A DNA stretch of 64,000 nucleotides from positions 16,796 through 80,795 of the forward strand of contig CAZRRT010000001.1 of the NCBI GenBank assembly GCA_964602605.1, in the 5' to 3' direction. The translations under genes were made by a program, and so were the position numbers. How positions within the stretch are numbered: the first letter of the stretch is position 1; the number at the start of each line of letters is the position of its first letter. Under the pieces are notes generated by a model, which worked only from the letters and a program-made list of their open reading frames with translations, was not told where the DNA came from and did not search any database. This document shows positions 19,287 to 28,484 of this stretch, piece after piece. Source of the stretch: an uncultured Ruminiclostridium sp. GTDB taxonomy: Bacteria > Bacillota > Clostridia > Oscillospirales > Ruminococcaceae.

Positions 19287-22004
19287 TCAATCTCTGTACT
19301 CTTCCATATAATAGCACTCAAAAATGTCGCCCTCTTTAAGATCACTGAACTTTTCAAGAGATACGCCGCATTCAAAGCCTTGCGCCACTTCCTTTGCATC
19401 GTCCTTAAATCGCTTCAGTCCCGCTATCTTGTCGTCGGCAACAATTATTCCGTCGCGTACAACTCTTATCATAGCGCTTCTCTGCAATTTTCCGTCAAGA
19501 ACATAACAGCCTGCAACTGCGCCTACTCCGGTAATCTTGTAGGTCATTCTCACCTCTGCCTTTCCAAGCATTACCTCTCTGTATTTGGGAGCTAACATAC
19601 CCTTCATAGCGGTTTGAATTTCTTCTATTGCGTCATAGATTATTCTGTACATTCTCAAATCCACGCCGTCACGCTTTGCGTTTTCCTCGGCAGCAGGATT
19701 GGGTCTTACATTAAAGCCTACTATTATTGCGTTTGATGCGCTTGCAAGCATAACGTCGCTTTCACTTACTGCGCCTACTCCGCCGTGAATAACCCTAACT
19801 CTTACCTCGTTGTTGGAGAGCTTTTCCAAGGACTGCTTTACCGCCTCCACAGAGCCTTGCACGTCTGCCTTGACAATAATGCGCAGCTCCTTCATCTCGC
19901 CCTCTTCTATCTGATCGAACAGGTTGTCGAGAGTTACCTTTTTATAAAGGCTGAACTGAGCTTCCTTTTCCTCGTACTTGCGCTTTTCAACCAATTCTCT
20001 TGCAAGCTTTTCATCTTCAACCACCGCAAAGGTATCGCCTGCGGAAGGCACTTCGCCAAGTCCCATTACCTCCACGGGAACGCTGGGTCCTGCCTCCTTT
20101 ATGGTGCGTCCCTTATCGTCACGCATTACACGAACGTGTCCTACCGATGTTCCCGCAATAATAATATCGCCTGAATGAAGAGTGCCGTTTTGCACCAAAA
20201 GCGTTGCGATAGGTCCTTTGCCCTTGTCAAGCCTTGCTTCCACAACTGCGCCTTTTGCAAGACGGTTGGGATTTGCTTTCAGCTCCATAACGTCTGCGGT
20301 AAGATTTACCATTTCAAGCAGGTTATCCATTCCCTCGCCTGTCTTTGCGGAAACGGGAACACATATGGTGTCGCCGCCCCACTCCTCGCAGACAAGCTCG
20401 TATTCCGTCAAGGTCTGCTTGATTCTTTCCACATTTGCGCCGGGCTTATCTATTTTATTTATCGCTACTATTATGCTTACTCCCGCATCCTTTGCGTGAT
20501 GAATAGCCTCAACGGTCTGGGGCATAATTCCGTCGTCGGCAGCAACAACCAATATGGCAATATCGGTAATCTGTGCGCCTCTTGCACGCATAGCGGTAAA
20601 GGCTTCGTGTCCCGGAGTATCAAGGAAGGTGATGTCCTTTCCTCCTGCGGTAACACGGTATGCGCCGATATGCTGGGTAATTCCGCCCGCTTCCCCTGCT
20701 GCAACGTGAGCGTTTCTGATATAGTCGAGAATTGAGGTCTTGCCGTGGTCAACGTGTCCCATAACAACAACAACGGGACTGCGGGGTTCAAGGTTTTCGT
20801 CCTTGTCCTCCTCCTCGTCGAACAATCTTTCCTCAATGGTGACAATTACCTCTTTTTCCACCTTTGCGCCCAATTCGTCAGCTACCAAGGCTGCGGTGTC
20901 AAAGTCGATAACCTGATTTATGGTACACATCTCGCCCAATTTCATCAGCTGCTTTATTACCTCTGTGGCGTTTACTTTAAGCCTTGAGGCAAGCTCGCTT
21001 ACAACGATCTCGTCGGGGATTTGAACCTTTAGCTGCTGCTTTCTCGCTCTTTCAAGCTCCAAGCGCTTCAGCTTCTGAGCCTCTGTTTCACGGACATTTT
21101 TGTTGTACTGTCCCTTTTTCTGCTGGCTCTTTTGGCTCAGCTTCTGCTTTCTGCCCGTTAAATCTCCGCCTCGTTTTGAGGACTGGGTCGCTATGCTTTC
21201 GTACTTTTCGTTGTACTTATCCAAATCCACATAGCTTCCTCTTGTGTCAACGTGCTTTGTAACCTGTTCTCCGTGTCTTTGAACAGTTCCCTCGCCCTTT
21301 TCCTTCTTTTTGGCAACGGGAGGCTCGTTGGTTTTTATAGTTGAAATATCAACCTTTGCAGCGGTCTGCTTGGGGGGAATTTTCGGCAGCTTTGTTTTTT
21401 CGGGCTTGTTTTGATTTGCGGCTTTAGGAGTATTATCTGCGGAAGGCTTGGGATTATTCTGAGGATTTTGCTTTACGGCGTCGGGCTTATCCTGCTTTTG
21501 CGGCTTAGTGTCCGTTTTATCCCGATTCTTGCTTTGGCTTGCCTGCTGCTTAACAGGCTCGGGCTTCTTAACCTCCTGAGCCTTTTTTGCAGCTTCGGCG
21601 GCTTTAGCTTTTTTCTCTTGCTGAGCTTTCTTGGCTTCTTCCGCTTTCTTTGCTTCTATTGCGGCTTGTTCCGCCTTTTTCTTGGCTTCCTCCGCTTTTT
21701 TCTTTTCTTCCTCCGCCTTTTTCTTTTCTTCCTCTGCCTTTTTCACCTCTAATGCAGCTTGCTCCGCCTTTTCTTTTTCCTCTCTGCGCTTTTTCTCCCC
21801 CGCTTCGATATAGCTGTCAAAGCTTGCCACCTGATTATCCTGCGTAAGCTTTTCAAGAACTATGTCTAATTCTGCGCCGCTAAGGCTTCCTCCAACCTTT
21901 TTGTCGGAATCCAAATAATTATTGACAATGTTGATAAGGTCGGAAGGTTCCACCTTCAAATCCTTTGCAAAATCTCTGATTTTTACTTTAGAATTGCTTT
22001 CCAT
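19287..22004 (-). CDS. infB: translation initiation factor IF-2
   Basis: G domain [13 protein letters not shown] / DTPGH / NKID. K/E/A-rich repetitive N-terminal region. Confidence 0.97.
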   Translation of the reverse strand: MESNSKVKIRDFAKDLKVEPSDLINIVNNYLDSDKKVGGSLSGAELDIVLEKLTQDNQVASFDSYIEAGEKKRREEKEKAEQAALEVKKAEEEKKKAEEEKKKAEEAKKKAEQAAIEAKKAEEAKKAQQEKKAKAAEAAKKAQEVKKPEPVKQQASQSKNRDKTDTKPQKQDKPDAVKQNPQNNPKPSADNTPKAANQNKPEKTKLPKIPPKQTAAKVDISTIKTNEPPVAKKKEKGEGTVQRHGEQVTKHVDTRGSYVDLDKYNEKYESIATQSSKRGGDLTGRKQKLSQKSQQKKGQYNKNVRETEAQKLKRLELERARKQQLKVQIPDEIVVSELASRLKVNATEVIKQLMKLGEMCTINQVIDFDTAALVADELGAKVEKEVIVTIEERLFDEEEDKDENLEPRSPVVVVMGHVDHGKTSILDYIRNAHVAAGEAGGITQHIGAYRVTAGGKDITFLDTPGHEAFTAMRARGAQITDIAILVVAADDGIMPQTVEAIHHAKDAGVSIIVAINKIDKPGANVERIKQTLTEYELVCEEWGGDTICVPVSAKTGEGMDNLLEMVNLTADVMELKANPNRLAKGAVVEARLDKGKGPIATLLVQNGTLHSGDIIIAGTSVGHVRVMRDDKGRTIKEAGPSVPVEVMGLGEVPSAGDTFAVVEDEKLARELVEKRKYEEKEAQFSLYKKVTLDNLFDQIEEGEMKELRIIVKADVQGSVEAVKQSLEKLSNNEVRVRVIHGGVGAVSESDVMLASASNAIIVGFNVRPNPAAEENAKRDGVDLRMYRIIYDAIEEIQTAMKGMLAPKYREVMLGKAEVRMTYKITGVGAVAGCYVLDGKLQRSAMIRVVRDGIIVADDKIAGLKRFKDDAKEVAQGFECGVSLEKFSDLKEGDIFECYYMEEYRD

Positions 22005-22121
22005 TCAGTTTCCCCCAAATTTATTGGTAAGTATTTTTTTATGTTTTATGCGTTGAAACAGCGTTTAACTTTATTTCAGCGCTTTAATCCAATGCGAAAT
22101 ATTTAATGCTTAAAATTAAAA

Positions 22122-22433
22122 TCAACGTAACAAGCTTTTCCATAAGCCCTGATCCAAAACGGCTATTATTCCCGTTTTCTTTCCAATCACTTTTCCGATT
22201 TGCTCCATATCCCAAGCAACGGTAACCAATTCAAGCCGAGGAAGAAATTTATCTCTTACATATTCCGTTTCCTTTTTGCTTTTTGCTGAAAGATCTGAAG
22301 CGAGAATAACTCCCGCTAACTTAGGATTTTTCTTCTCTATTTCTTCCTTTACCGAATCGAACCCGTACACCATATTTCCCGATTTCAATATAAGTCCCAA
22401 TGTTGAGATATTTGAAATAGCCGAATTATTCAT
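22122..22433 (-). CDS. ylxQ: L7Ae-family RNA-binding protein (YlxQ-like)
   Basis: 103 aa in the conserved position between ylxR and infB. The start overlaps the ylxR stop (ATGA). Confidence 0.7.
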   Translation of the reverse strand: MNNSAISNISTLGLILKSGNMVYGFDSVKEEIEKKNPKLAGVILASDLSAKSKKETEYVRDKFLPRLELVTVAWDMEQIGKVIGKKTGIIAVLDQGLWKSLLR

Positions 22434-22891
22434 CAGCCGCCCTCCTTTTTCTTTGCTTTCTTTGATGAAGGAGGCTTTTTGATTTCGGCTTTTTCCGAAT
22501 TTGCTTTGCTTGAATCATCGGGCTTTTGAGATTTTTCCGTTGTCAAATCGTTATTGAGATTTTTTTTAGCCTGCAAGCTTGTTTCTTCCCGGCTTTCCTT
22601 TGATTTGGAATTTGTGCCGCTTTCCTCATTCCCATTCTCGATTTGATATTTTAACTTCTCAAAAATTTCATCGGGAATTTTGCATTTAAAGGAACGCTCA
22701 AAGGCTTTCTTTTTTCTTGCCGCTTCAAAGCATTTTATATCGTTGCAGATATACGCTCCTCTGCCGTTTTTTTTGCCTGTGGGATCAAGGAAAAAGTTGT
22801 TGTCCTTGTCCTTAACTATTCTCAGCAAGCCTTTTTTTCCTATCATTTCTTCGCAGCCTATACATTTTCTCAGAGGTTCGGTTTTTCCCAC
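22433..22891 (-). CDS. ylxR: YlxR (DUF448) RNA-binding protein with K/S/E-rich C-terminal extension
   Basis: Motifs LRKCIGC..LLRIV..DPTGKKNGRGAYIC, followed by a ~60-aa low-complexity tail. Confidence 0.8.
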   Translation of the reverse strand: MGKTEPLRKCIGCEEMIGKKGLLRIVKDKDNNFFLDPTGKKNGRGAYICNDIKCFEAARKKKAFERSFKCKIPDEIFEKLKYQIENGNEESGTNSKSKESREETSLQAKKNLNNDLTTEKSQKPDDSSKANSEKAEIKKPPSSKKAKKKEGG

Positions 22892-22999
22892 GTTTTGCCG
22901 TCCTTTTCGCTTGTTATTTTTGATTTATCCGCATATTATTAAGCATATTTTTTGTTATTATAAAATCACAAACTATCAAGATATGCGGGATATTCCAAA

Positions 23000-24076
23000 T
23001 CAGCCTTCAAAAAATCCGCTTTCGGGTTTAATATCAATTTTATAGCCCGTAAGACGTGCCGCCAATTTTGCGTTAAGTCCCTTATTGCCTATAGCAAGAG
23101 AAAGCTGATTGTCCGGAACAACCACGCTGCACGACTTTGTGTTTTCGTCGGGGATTTCCACGCTTAAAACCTCGGCGGGTCTTAACGCCTGTTTGATAAA
23201 CTCCACAGGATCGTCGCTGTATATGACAATATCTATTTTCTCGCCTTTAAGCTCCTGACTTATGCTTGAAACTCTGCTTCTTTGAGGACCGATGCAGGCT
23301 CCCAAGGCGTCAACGTCGGGATTGCTGCTTATAACAGCCATTTTGCTGCGCTGTCCCGCCTCACGGCTTATTGACTTTATCTCCACCGTGCCGTCACGAA
23401 TTTCGGGAACTTCAAGCTCGAAAAGTCTTTTTATAAGATCACGGTGAGTTCTGCTGATTTTAAGCATTGGGCGTTTATCTGCGGGAGATGCGCCGCTTAC
23501 ATAAACCTTAATCACATCGTTAGCCTTTATATCGTCGTTGGGGAGCTGCTCGCTGCGGAACAAAGGCACTTCGTTACCCTGAAGCTCTACTATTGCGTTT
23601 CCCGTACCCGGCTCAACTCTCAATACCTTAGCGGCAACAGCTTCGTTTTGAAGTCCGCCCCATTGCTCGATAAGCTTGCTGCGCTCTACGTCTTTAATGT
23701 TCTGCCTTATGACCTGCTTGCCCGTCTGCGCCGCAATTCGTCCTATATGCTTGGTATCTACGGGAATAAGGCACTGATCCCCGACTTTAACTTTCGGGTC
23801 GTATTTCTTTGCCTGTTCCTCCGTCATTTCGTTGGCTTCGTCTGCTACCTCGTCCACAACTCTTTTAACAATATAAACCTTAAATTCGCCCGTACCCTCT
23901 TCTATTTCATATTTGATATTTTCGCTTTTGGGGTACGCTTTTTTTACTGCAATGCTTACCGCAGCCTGAATCCTTTCAAAAAGCACTTCCGGATCTATAT
24001 CCTTATCTTTAGCAAGTGCGCTTAACGCTTGGCTAAAGCTGATTTCATTTTCATTGTCTTTCTTTTTTGCAGCCAT
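23000..24076 (-). CDS. nusA: transcription termination/antitermination factor NusA
   Basis: 358 aa with N-terminal, S1 and two KH regions recognisable. Conserved operon position. Confidence 0.95.
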   Translation of the reverse strand: MAAKKKDNENEISFSQALSALAKDKDIDPEVLFERIQAAVSIAVKKAYPKSENIKYEIEEGTGEFKVYIVKRVVDEVADEANEMTEEQAKKYDPKVKVGDQCLIPVDTKHIGRIAAQTGKQVIRQNIKDVERSKLIEQWGGLQNEAVAAKVLRVEPGTGNAIVELQGNEVPLFRSEQLPNDDIKANDVIKVYVSGASPADKRPMLKISRTHRDLIKRLFELEVPEIRDGTVEIKSISREAGQRSKMAVISSNPDVDALGACIGPQRSRVSSISQELKGEKIDIVIYSDDPVEFIKQALRPAEVLSVEIPDENTKSCSVVVPDNQLSLAIGNKGLNAKLAARLTGYKIDIKPESGFFEG

Positions 24077-24187
24077 TTTCCGTCCTCCTGTTTTTCTGCA
24101 TTATTGGTTTATTGTATTTAATAAATTGCAGGACTATTTTTTGATTTCATAGCCTGTACCGTTTTTATAGTTTATTTCACAGTCGAT

Positions 24188-24784
24188 TTATTCCGTATCT
24201 GTTTTTAAAGTCTGTTCAGTAAAAGCTTCGGTTTCTTCCTCCTGCCAAACTGATTGATCCGAATCCAAGTTTTCATATTCGTCGGTTTCCTCGTCCAAAT
24301 TAACCTTGCCACATTTGCTGAGCTTTAATGCAACATTGCGGTTTTGCGGGGTTTCAAGCAGGATCTCTCCCTTTTCCTCGTCGTATGCTCTGAGATAGCC
24401 CGAAATAAATTCTTCGCCCTTTTCCGTCTTTGCAAGAGCGGTTACTCTTTTTCCAATGCAGCTTAAAAAATGTTCTTTTTTTCTCAGCTTTTTGTAAATT
24501 CCCGGAGTGCCTATTTCAAGAATATCCACCTGCTCTATAAAGCTTTGCTTATCAAACAATTCGTTTATGGGCTTGGAGATTTCCTCGCATCTGTCGCTGT
24601 CAAGTCCTTCTTTATCGTCTGCGCTGTCAAAAAGAACTCTCAAATACCACATTGCGCCCTCTTTTTCAAAGCACACGTCCCACAGCTTGCAGCCCGCTTT
24701 TTCTATAATCGGTTGAGCCAACTTTTCCGCCTGCTCTTCTATTTTAGGCGCTAACGCTTTTTTTCCGCCTTTTTCTTTCGCCAT
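24188..24784 (-). CDS. rimP: ribosome maturation factor RimP
   Basis: RimP-like sequence from MAKEKGGKK... The ATG at 24784 is preferred because the 42 upstream codons of the track ORF run into repeat element B. Confidence 0.85.
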   Translation of the reverse strand: MAKEKGGKKALAPKIEEQAEKLAQPIIEKAGCKLWDVCFEKEGAMWYLRVLFDSADDKEGLDSDRCEEISKPINELFDKQSFIEQVDILEIGTPGIYKKLRKKEHFLSCIGKRVTALAKTEKGEEFISGYLRAYDEEKGEILLETPQNRNVALKLSKCGKVNLDEETDEYENLDSDQSVWQEEETEAFTEQTLKTDTE

Positions 24785-24867
24785 ATATACCTCTAATAGA
24801 AAGTGAAAATAAGGATAATAAGCGCAGCTTATCTCTATCCTGTTATTAGCTGTAACGTAAACACAGT

Positions 24868-24995
24868 TTTTAAAGCGCAGCTTAAACAAGCTGCCGAAAT
24901 TGCAAAGCAATTTTGAGGTTCACTGGGGGATTTTACCCCCGCTGAACCTAAGATGGAGCCCGTCGCCTTAGAGGCGGGGGACATCTTTGCAGCGG
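24868..24995. repeat. family-B 128-bp hairpin-rich repeat, copy 1 (in the rimP operon leader)
   Basis: Aligns with 60057-60184 with 9 differences by hand alignment. Three hairpins: GCAGCTTaaacAAGCTGC; GGTTCA..GGGGGattttaCCCCC..TGAACC; CGCCttagaGGCG. Confidence 0.85.
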
Positions 24996-25062
24996 TATAT
25001 TATCCCAAATAAGAATTTAAGACCGAGCCAAAACTCAGTCTTACCATACTCTATCTTTGCAT

Positions 25063-25091
25063 ATTATATCACCAAAAATTCCCTTTGTCAA
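25063..25091 (-). promoter_or_regulatory. consensus promoter of the rimP-nusA-infB operon
   Basis: On the minus strand: TTGACA (25091-25086), 17-nt spacer, TATAAT (25068-25063). Confidence 0.6.
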
Positions 25092-25141
25092 TGGTTTAAT
25101 GACATTTTTTGAAAAATCCTGCAAGTTTTTAAGGATTTATA

Positions 25142-25170
25142 TTGACAATAAAAATAAAAAGTGTTAAAAT
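25142..25170 (+). promoter_or_regulatory. promoter of the TPP riboswitch / thiT unit
   Basis: TTGACA at 25142-25147, 17-nt spacer, TGtTAAAAT (-10 at 25165-25170). Confidence 0.6.
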
Positions 25171-25175
25171 ATAAA

Positions 25176-25268
25176 ATCGCAGGGAGCTGATATGTCGGCT
25201 GAGAGGAAACGAATTGACGTTTCGACCTATTGACCTGATCCGGATAATGCCGGCGTAGGAAAAGCAGG
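25176..25268 (+). promoter_or_regulatory. TPP (THI-box) riboswitch
   Basis: Conserved core CTGAGA (25199-25204) and ACCTGATCCGGATAATGCCGGCGTAGGAA (25232-25260). Lies upstream of a ThiT-like transporter gene. Confidence 0.85.
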
Positions 25269-25451
25269 AAAAATAGATTTGTATTTGAAATACCTCCTCT
25301 CTGAGCATATGTCGGGGGATTTTTTTATTGCAATTTTTCCCATATGCTTGGGGTTGTTATCAAAGGCTTCCTTGTTTATGGCGTTTAAAACGCTTTAAGC
25401 AAGGATTTTTTATTGGCAAAACTGTAAATAATAAAAAAGGAAGTTAATAAA

Positions 25452-26249
25452 ATGAAAAAATCTTTACGTCTTACAGAAACGGCAATAATGATTGCGTTAG
25501 GCTTTATCCTAAGTATGCTTAAGATTATCGATATGCCCTTTGGCGGATCGGTAACAGTGTTCAGTATGCTGCCTGTAATTGTTATCGCTTACCGCTATAA
25601 TGTTCCTTGGGGACTGCTTGCGGGATTTGCGGCAAGCCTTTTGCAAATGCTTATGGGTATGAAAAATCTCACATACGCCACAAGCGCAGGCGCAGTTGTC
25701 GCCATTATAATGCTTGATTATGTTGTCGCTTTCTCCGTAATGGGACTTGGGGGAATATTCAAAGGCAAGATAAAGGATCAAGGCGTTTCTATTGCGGCAG
25801 GTGCGCTTTTAGTATGCGTTCTCCGATACATATGCCATGTAATTTCAGGCTGTACGGTTTGGGAGGGAGTTTCCATTCCCACAACCGATGGACTGCTGTA
25901 TTCCCTTGCATACAACTCTGCTTATATGATTCCCGAAACTATTATCACCGTAGTCGGCGCATACTATGCGGGAAAGGCGTTCACCTTAACCTCGGAAAAT
26001 ATCAAGCGTGTTCCCTTGGACACAAAATCCGCAAAAACATTGGCGACTTTCTTACCCATTGCTTTAGCGGTAGTTCTCAGCTTTTTATTTATTTTTGGAA
26101 TGATACAAACAGAGGAGGGCTTTGATATAACCGCCATTACAAGAACAGACATTTTTTCATGGCTGCCGGTTATCATTACCTTGGTTGTGGGAGCAGTGAC
26201 TACTGTGATTATTAAAACCTCTGCCTTTAAGAATTCCGAAAAACAGTAA
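25452..26249 (+). CDS. thiT: ECF-transporter S component, thiamine transporter ThiT-like
   Basis: 265-aa polytopic protein directly downstream of the TPP riboswitch. N-terminal region resembles ThiT/YuaJ. Longer than typical ThiT. Confidence 0.7.
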   Translation: MKKSLRLTETAIMIALGFILSMLKIIDMPFGGSVTVFSMLPVIVIAYRYNVPWGLLAGFAASLLQMLMGMKNLTYATSAGAVVAIIMLDYVVAFSVMGLGGIFKGKIKDQGVSIAAGALLVCVLRYICHVISGCTVWEGVSIPTTDGLLYSLAYNSAYMIPETIITVVGAYYAGKAFTLTSENIKRVPLDTKSAKTLATFLPIALAVVLSFLFIFGMIQTEEGFDITAITRTDIFSWLPVIITLVVGAVTTVIIKTSAFKNSEKQ

Positions 26250-26542
26250 TCAGCCCGAAAAACTTAAGATTAGGATTTTTCGGCAATCTGTAATATTTTA
26301 ATGCAATTCAAAATATGCTTAGACAACTGAATATTTTGTCCATATCAAAATAAGCATAATTAAGAATTCCGCAAAATTTCTTAAAGCACAGCTTAAAAAA
26401 CTGTTCATACTAAATACAGTTGCATATGGTCAAAATAAACAAAAAATATAGTGTTTGCAGCTGATGTTGCCTTAGTTTTTTATTCAAATCGACGAAAAAT
26501 TTCATATAACGGCTTTATTTCAATATTTGTAAGCTATTCCAC

Positions 26543-26571
26543 TTGAAAAATTATTTAAAATGTGTTATTAT
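26543..26571 (+). promoter_or_regulatory. promoter of the AKKAAP-repeat/SCP2-like gene
   Basis: TTGAAA at 26543-26548, 17-nt spacer, TGtTATTAT (-10 at 26566-26571). Confidence 0.5.
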
Positions 26572-26603
26572 ATTAGAAGTAATATATCTGCCTTAGTGCG
26601 GAA

Positions 26604-27143
26604 ATGAAAGGATATAAAATTACAATGGCTGAAGACAAAATCTTAAAGTCTGCTGATAAAGCAGAAAGCAAAGCAGCTGCTACAGCAAAAAAGACTACAG
26701 AGAAAAAAGCAGCTCCCGCAAAGAAAGCAGCTCCCGCAAAAAAAGCAGCTCCTGTAAAAAAGGCAGCTCCCGCAAAAAAAGCGCCTGCTAAAAAGGCAGC
26801 ACCACAAGTTGAATTGTCCCCTCTCGATGTTTTGACAACCGCTGTATGGAAGAATATCGAAAAGAAAAAAGTTGACAAAATTCCTTTTGCAATCGCTATT
26901 CAAGTTAACGTCAGCGACGCAGGAACGTTTTATATTGCGGTTAAGGCTAATCCCGACGAGGATAAGCAGGTTATGCAGTCCGATTACTATCTTGCAGACG
27001 GCATAGTTGAAACCAATTCGGAAGAAATAAAGAAAATCGCCGCAGGCAATTATGACTACATTGCCGCAGCTAAATCGGGAGCATTTATTTACAGAGGCGA
27101 TTTAAACAAGGCTATCTTTATCGCCGAGCTTCTTAAAAAGTAA
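26604..27143 (+). CDS. protein with histone-H1-like AAPAKK repeats fused to an SCP2-like C-terminal domain (assignment tentative)
   Basis: N-terminal K/A/P repeats (AAPAKK x5). The ~100-aa C-terminal globular part resembles the sterol-carrier SCP2 fold family by eye. Alternative start ATG at 26625 (MAEDK). Confidence 0.55.
   Translation: MKGYKITMAEDKILKSADKAESKAAATAKKTTEKKAAPAKKAAPAKKAAPVKKAAPAKKAPAKKAAPQVELSPLDVLTTAVWKNIEKKKVDKIPFAIAIQVNVSDAGTFYIAVKANPDEDKQVMQSDYYLADGIVETNSEEIKKIAAGNYDYIAAAKSGAFIYRGDLNKAIFIAELLKK
26709..26795 (+). repeat. in-frame 18-nt tandem repeat x4, plus one 15-nt unit, encoding AAPAKK
   Basis: GCAGCTCCCGCAAA(G/A)AAA units at 26709, 26727, 26745 and 26763. Shorter unit at 26781. 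Confidence 0.85.
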
Positions 27144-27173
27144 TTTTCTTTTCCCTCCCCTGAAAAATTTTAT

Positions 27174-27208
27174 AAAAACCGCCTGTTTTAAAATAGCAGG
27201 CGGTTTTT
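27174..27208. terminator. bidirectional intrinsic terminator between convergent genes
   Basis: Stem CCGCCTG / CAGGCGG (27179-27185 / 27197-27203), flanked by AAAAA upstream and TTTTT downstream. Confidence 0.65.
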
Positions 27209-27321
27209 AGTTTTTATTCTTTATTATTTAAGGCGTTTACAGAAATAAAGCGTTTACAGAAATTTTTTAATCAGATAAACGATAATATTCTAAATTTGGA
27301 AATCACAAAAACCTAAATATA

Positions 27322-28107
27322 TTATTGTTTTTTATCCGCTTCTTCCTTGTCTGCGTCAAATCTTGCTCTTTCCATATCCGCCAAATCCTTATCCTTTCCC
27401 TCTAACTTTTCGACCTTGCGAACTATGGCAAGGGGAGTTTGTCGAAATCCCTGATCGTGAGGGTTGTCACGGTAAAGCTGCTCGCAGAATTTGTCGGGCA
27501 AATCCTTGCTGCTCTTTCCCAAAATGTTGCAGCCTAAATCGTTGGCGTCCACAATAACCACGTCGACGTGAGCGTGTTCCTTCATTTTTTCCGCCGCTCC
27601 GTCGGGATCTAAGGGGGCTAATTTTGCATAATTGTTGTAGGGCGGCACGTTGAATTCGCTGGGTCCGTCAATAGCCCTTGCTTTCATACCCAAGATGTTG
27701 TAAAACACGCCTCTTTTGCCGAAAAGCTTGCATATTCCCGCAATAATGGCGGCGAAAAGCACCTTAATTCTTCCGCAGTCCCTTAAACAAAGCTCCATGG
27801 TTGAGGGAGCGCCGATACCTATTCCCGCATCGGATTTGTAAACAAACTTTACAAGAAATTTTGCAAGTCGGCTTACCTTGATGTCGCTTACTTTAAAAGC
27901 TCTGCCCTGAGTTATTGCCACTATCTTTTCGGAGATGAAAATCATATCCCCCTCCTCGAGATAGTCCATAACATACTTGTCCAAAATATCGTTCATTACG
28001 TCTTCCTTCATAACCACGTGGGTTTTTATGGGAAAACGTGCATATGTACCCCAATCGGTATCAATAGTGAGATTTTTTCCCTCGTTGGGACGAAAAGGCA
28101 TTTCCAT
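27322..28107 (-). CDS. CofE-like (F420-0:gamma-glutamyl ligase family) protein
   Basis: 261 aa. Segments MIFISEKIVAITQGRAF and VVIVDANDLG resemble the F420-ligase fold family. Monocistronic. Confidence 0.5.
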   Translation of the reverse strand: MEMPFRPNEGKNLTIDTDWGTYARFPIKTHVVMKEDVMNDILDKYVMDYLEEGDMIFISEKIVAITQGRAFKVSDIKVSRLAKFLVKFVYKSDAGIGIGAPSTMELCLRDCGRIKVLFAAIIAGICKLFGKRGVFYNILGMKARAIDGPSEFNVPPYNNYAKLAPLDPDGAAEKMKEHAHVDVVIVDANDLGCNILGKSSKDLPDKFCEQLYRDNPHDQGFRQTPLAIVRKVEKLEGKDKDLADMERARFDADKEEADKKQ

Positions 28108-28307
28108 AGCTGTTTTTAAGTTCGTTTTGCGAACCTTCTCCTTGATTTTGTTATTTTGTTTATTCTATTAGTTTATTATATCACTTAATTTCAAAATGTC
28201 AAACGAAAAGATAATTTGATTATTGTTTATTTGTATAATAAGATTTTTTCAAATTCTATTGCTGCTGATCGAAAAAATTGTAATCAACAAATATAATAAT
28301 TTAATCG

Positions 28308-28356
28308 GCATATGGAAAACGTTGTAATGAGATATTTTCCATATGCTGATTTTTTT
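28308..28356 (+). terminator. orphan plus-strand intrinsic terminator in a divergent/antisense intergenic region
   Basis: Perfect 12-bp stem GCATATGGAAAA / TTTTCCATATGC (28308-28319 / 28335-28346) followed by TGATTTTTTT. No annotated + strand gene lies upstream. Confidence 0.5.
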
Positions 28357-28484
28357 ATTCGAGTATTTTTAAATTTATAGTAAACATTAAATTCTCGATT
28401 GCCGCTTAAACGCAAATTGCCAATCCGCAGTGAAATTTGTCTGTATTTTTAATTCTTTCCATACTCAGATTGAGATATACGGCA

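Noticed and set aside
21411-21847. Several + strand ORFs with Leu/Phe/Ser-rich repeats.
   Set aside because: They are antisense shadows of the K/E/A-rich repetitive N-terminal region of infB.
24785-24910. 42-codon N-terminal extension of the rimP ORF in the track (start at 24910).
   Set aside because: The extension is read from repeat element B and has no RimP similarity. The ATG at 24784 gives a normal RimP N-terminus.
25294-25349. Tried to define the expression platform (terminator) of the TPP riboswitch.
   Set aside because: A T-run at 25320-25327 is present, but the preceding stem is weak (CCTCC/GGGGG). An alternative hairpin, AGCATATG..CATATGCT, spans the T-run. The mechanism cannot be decided by eye.
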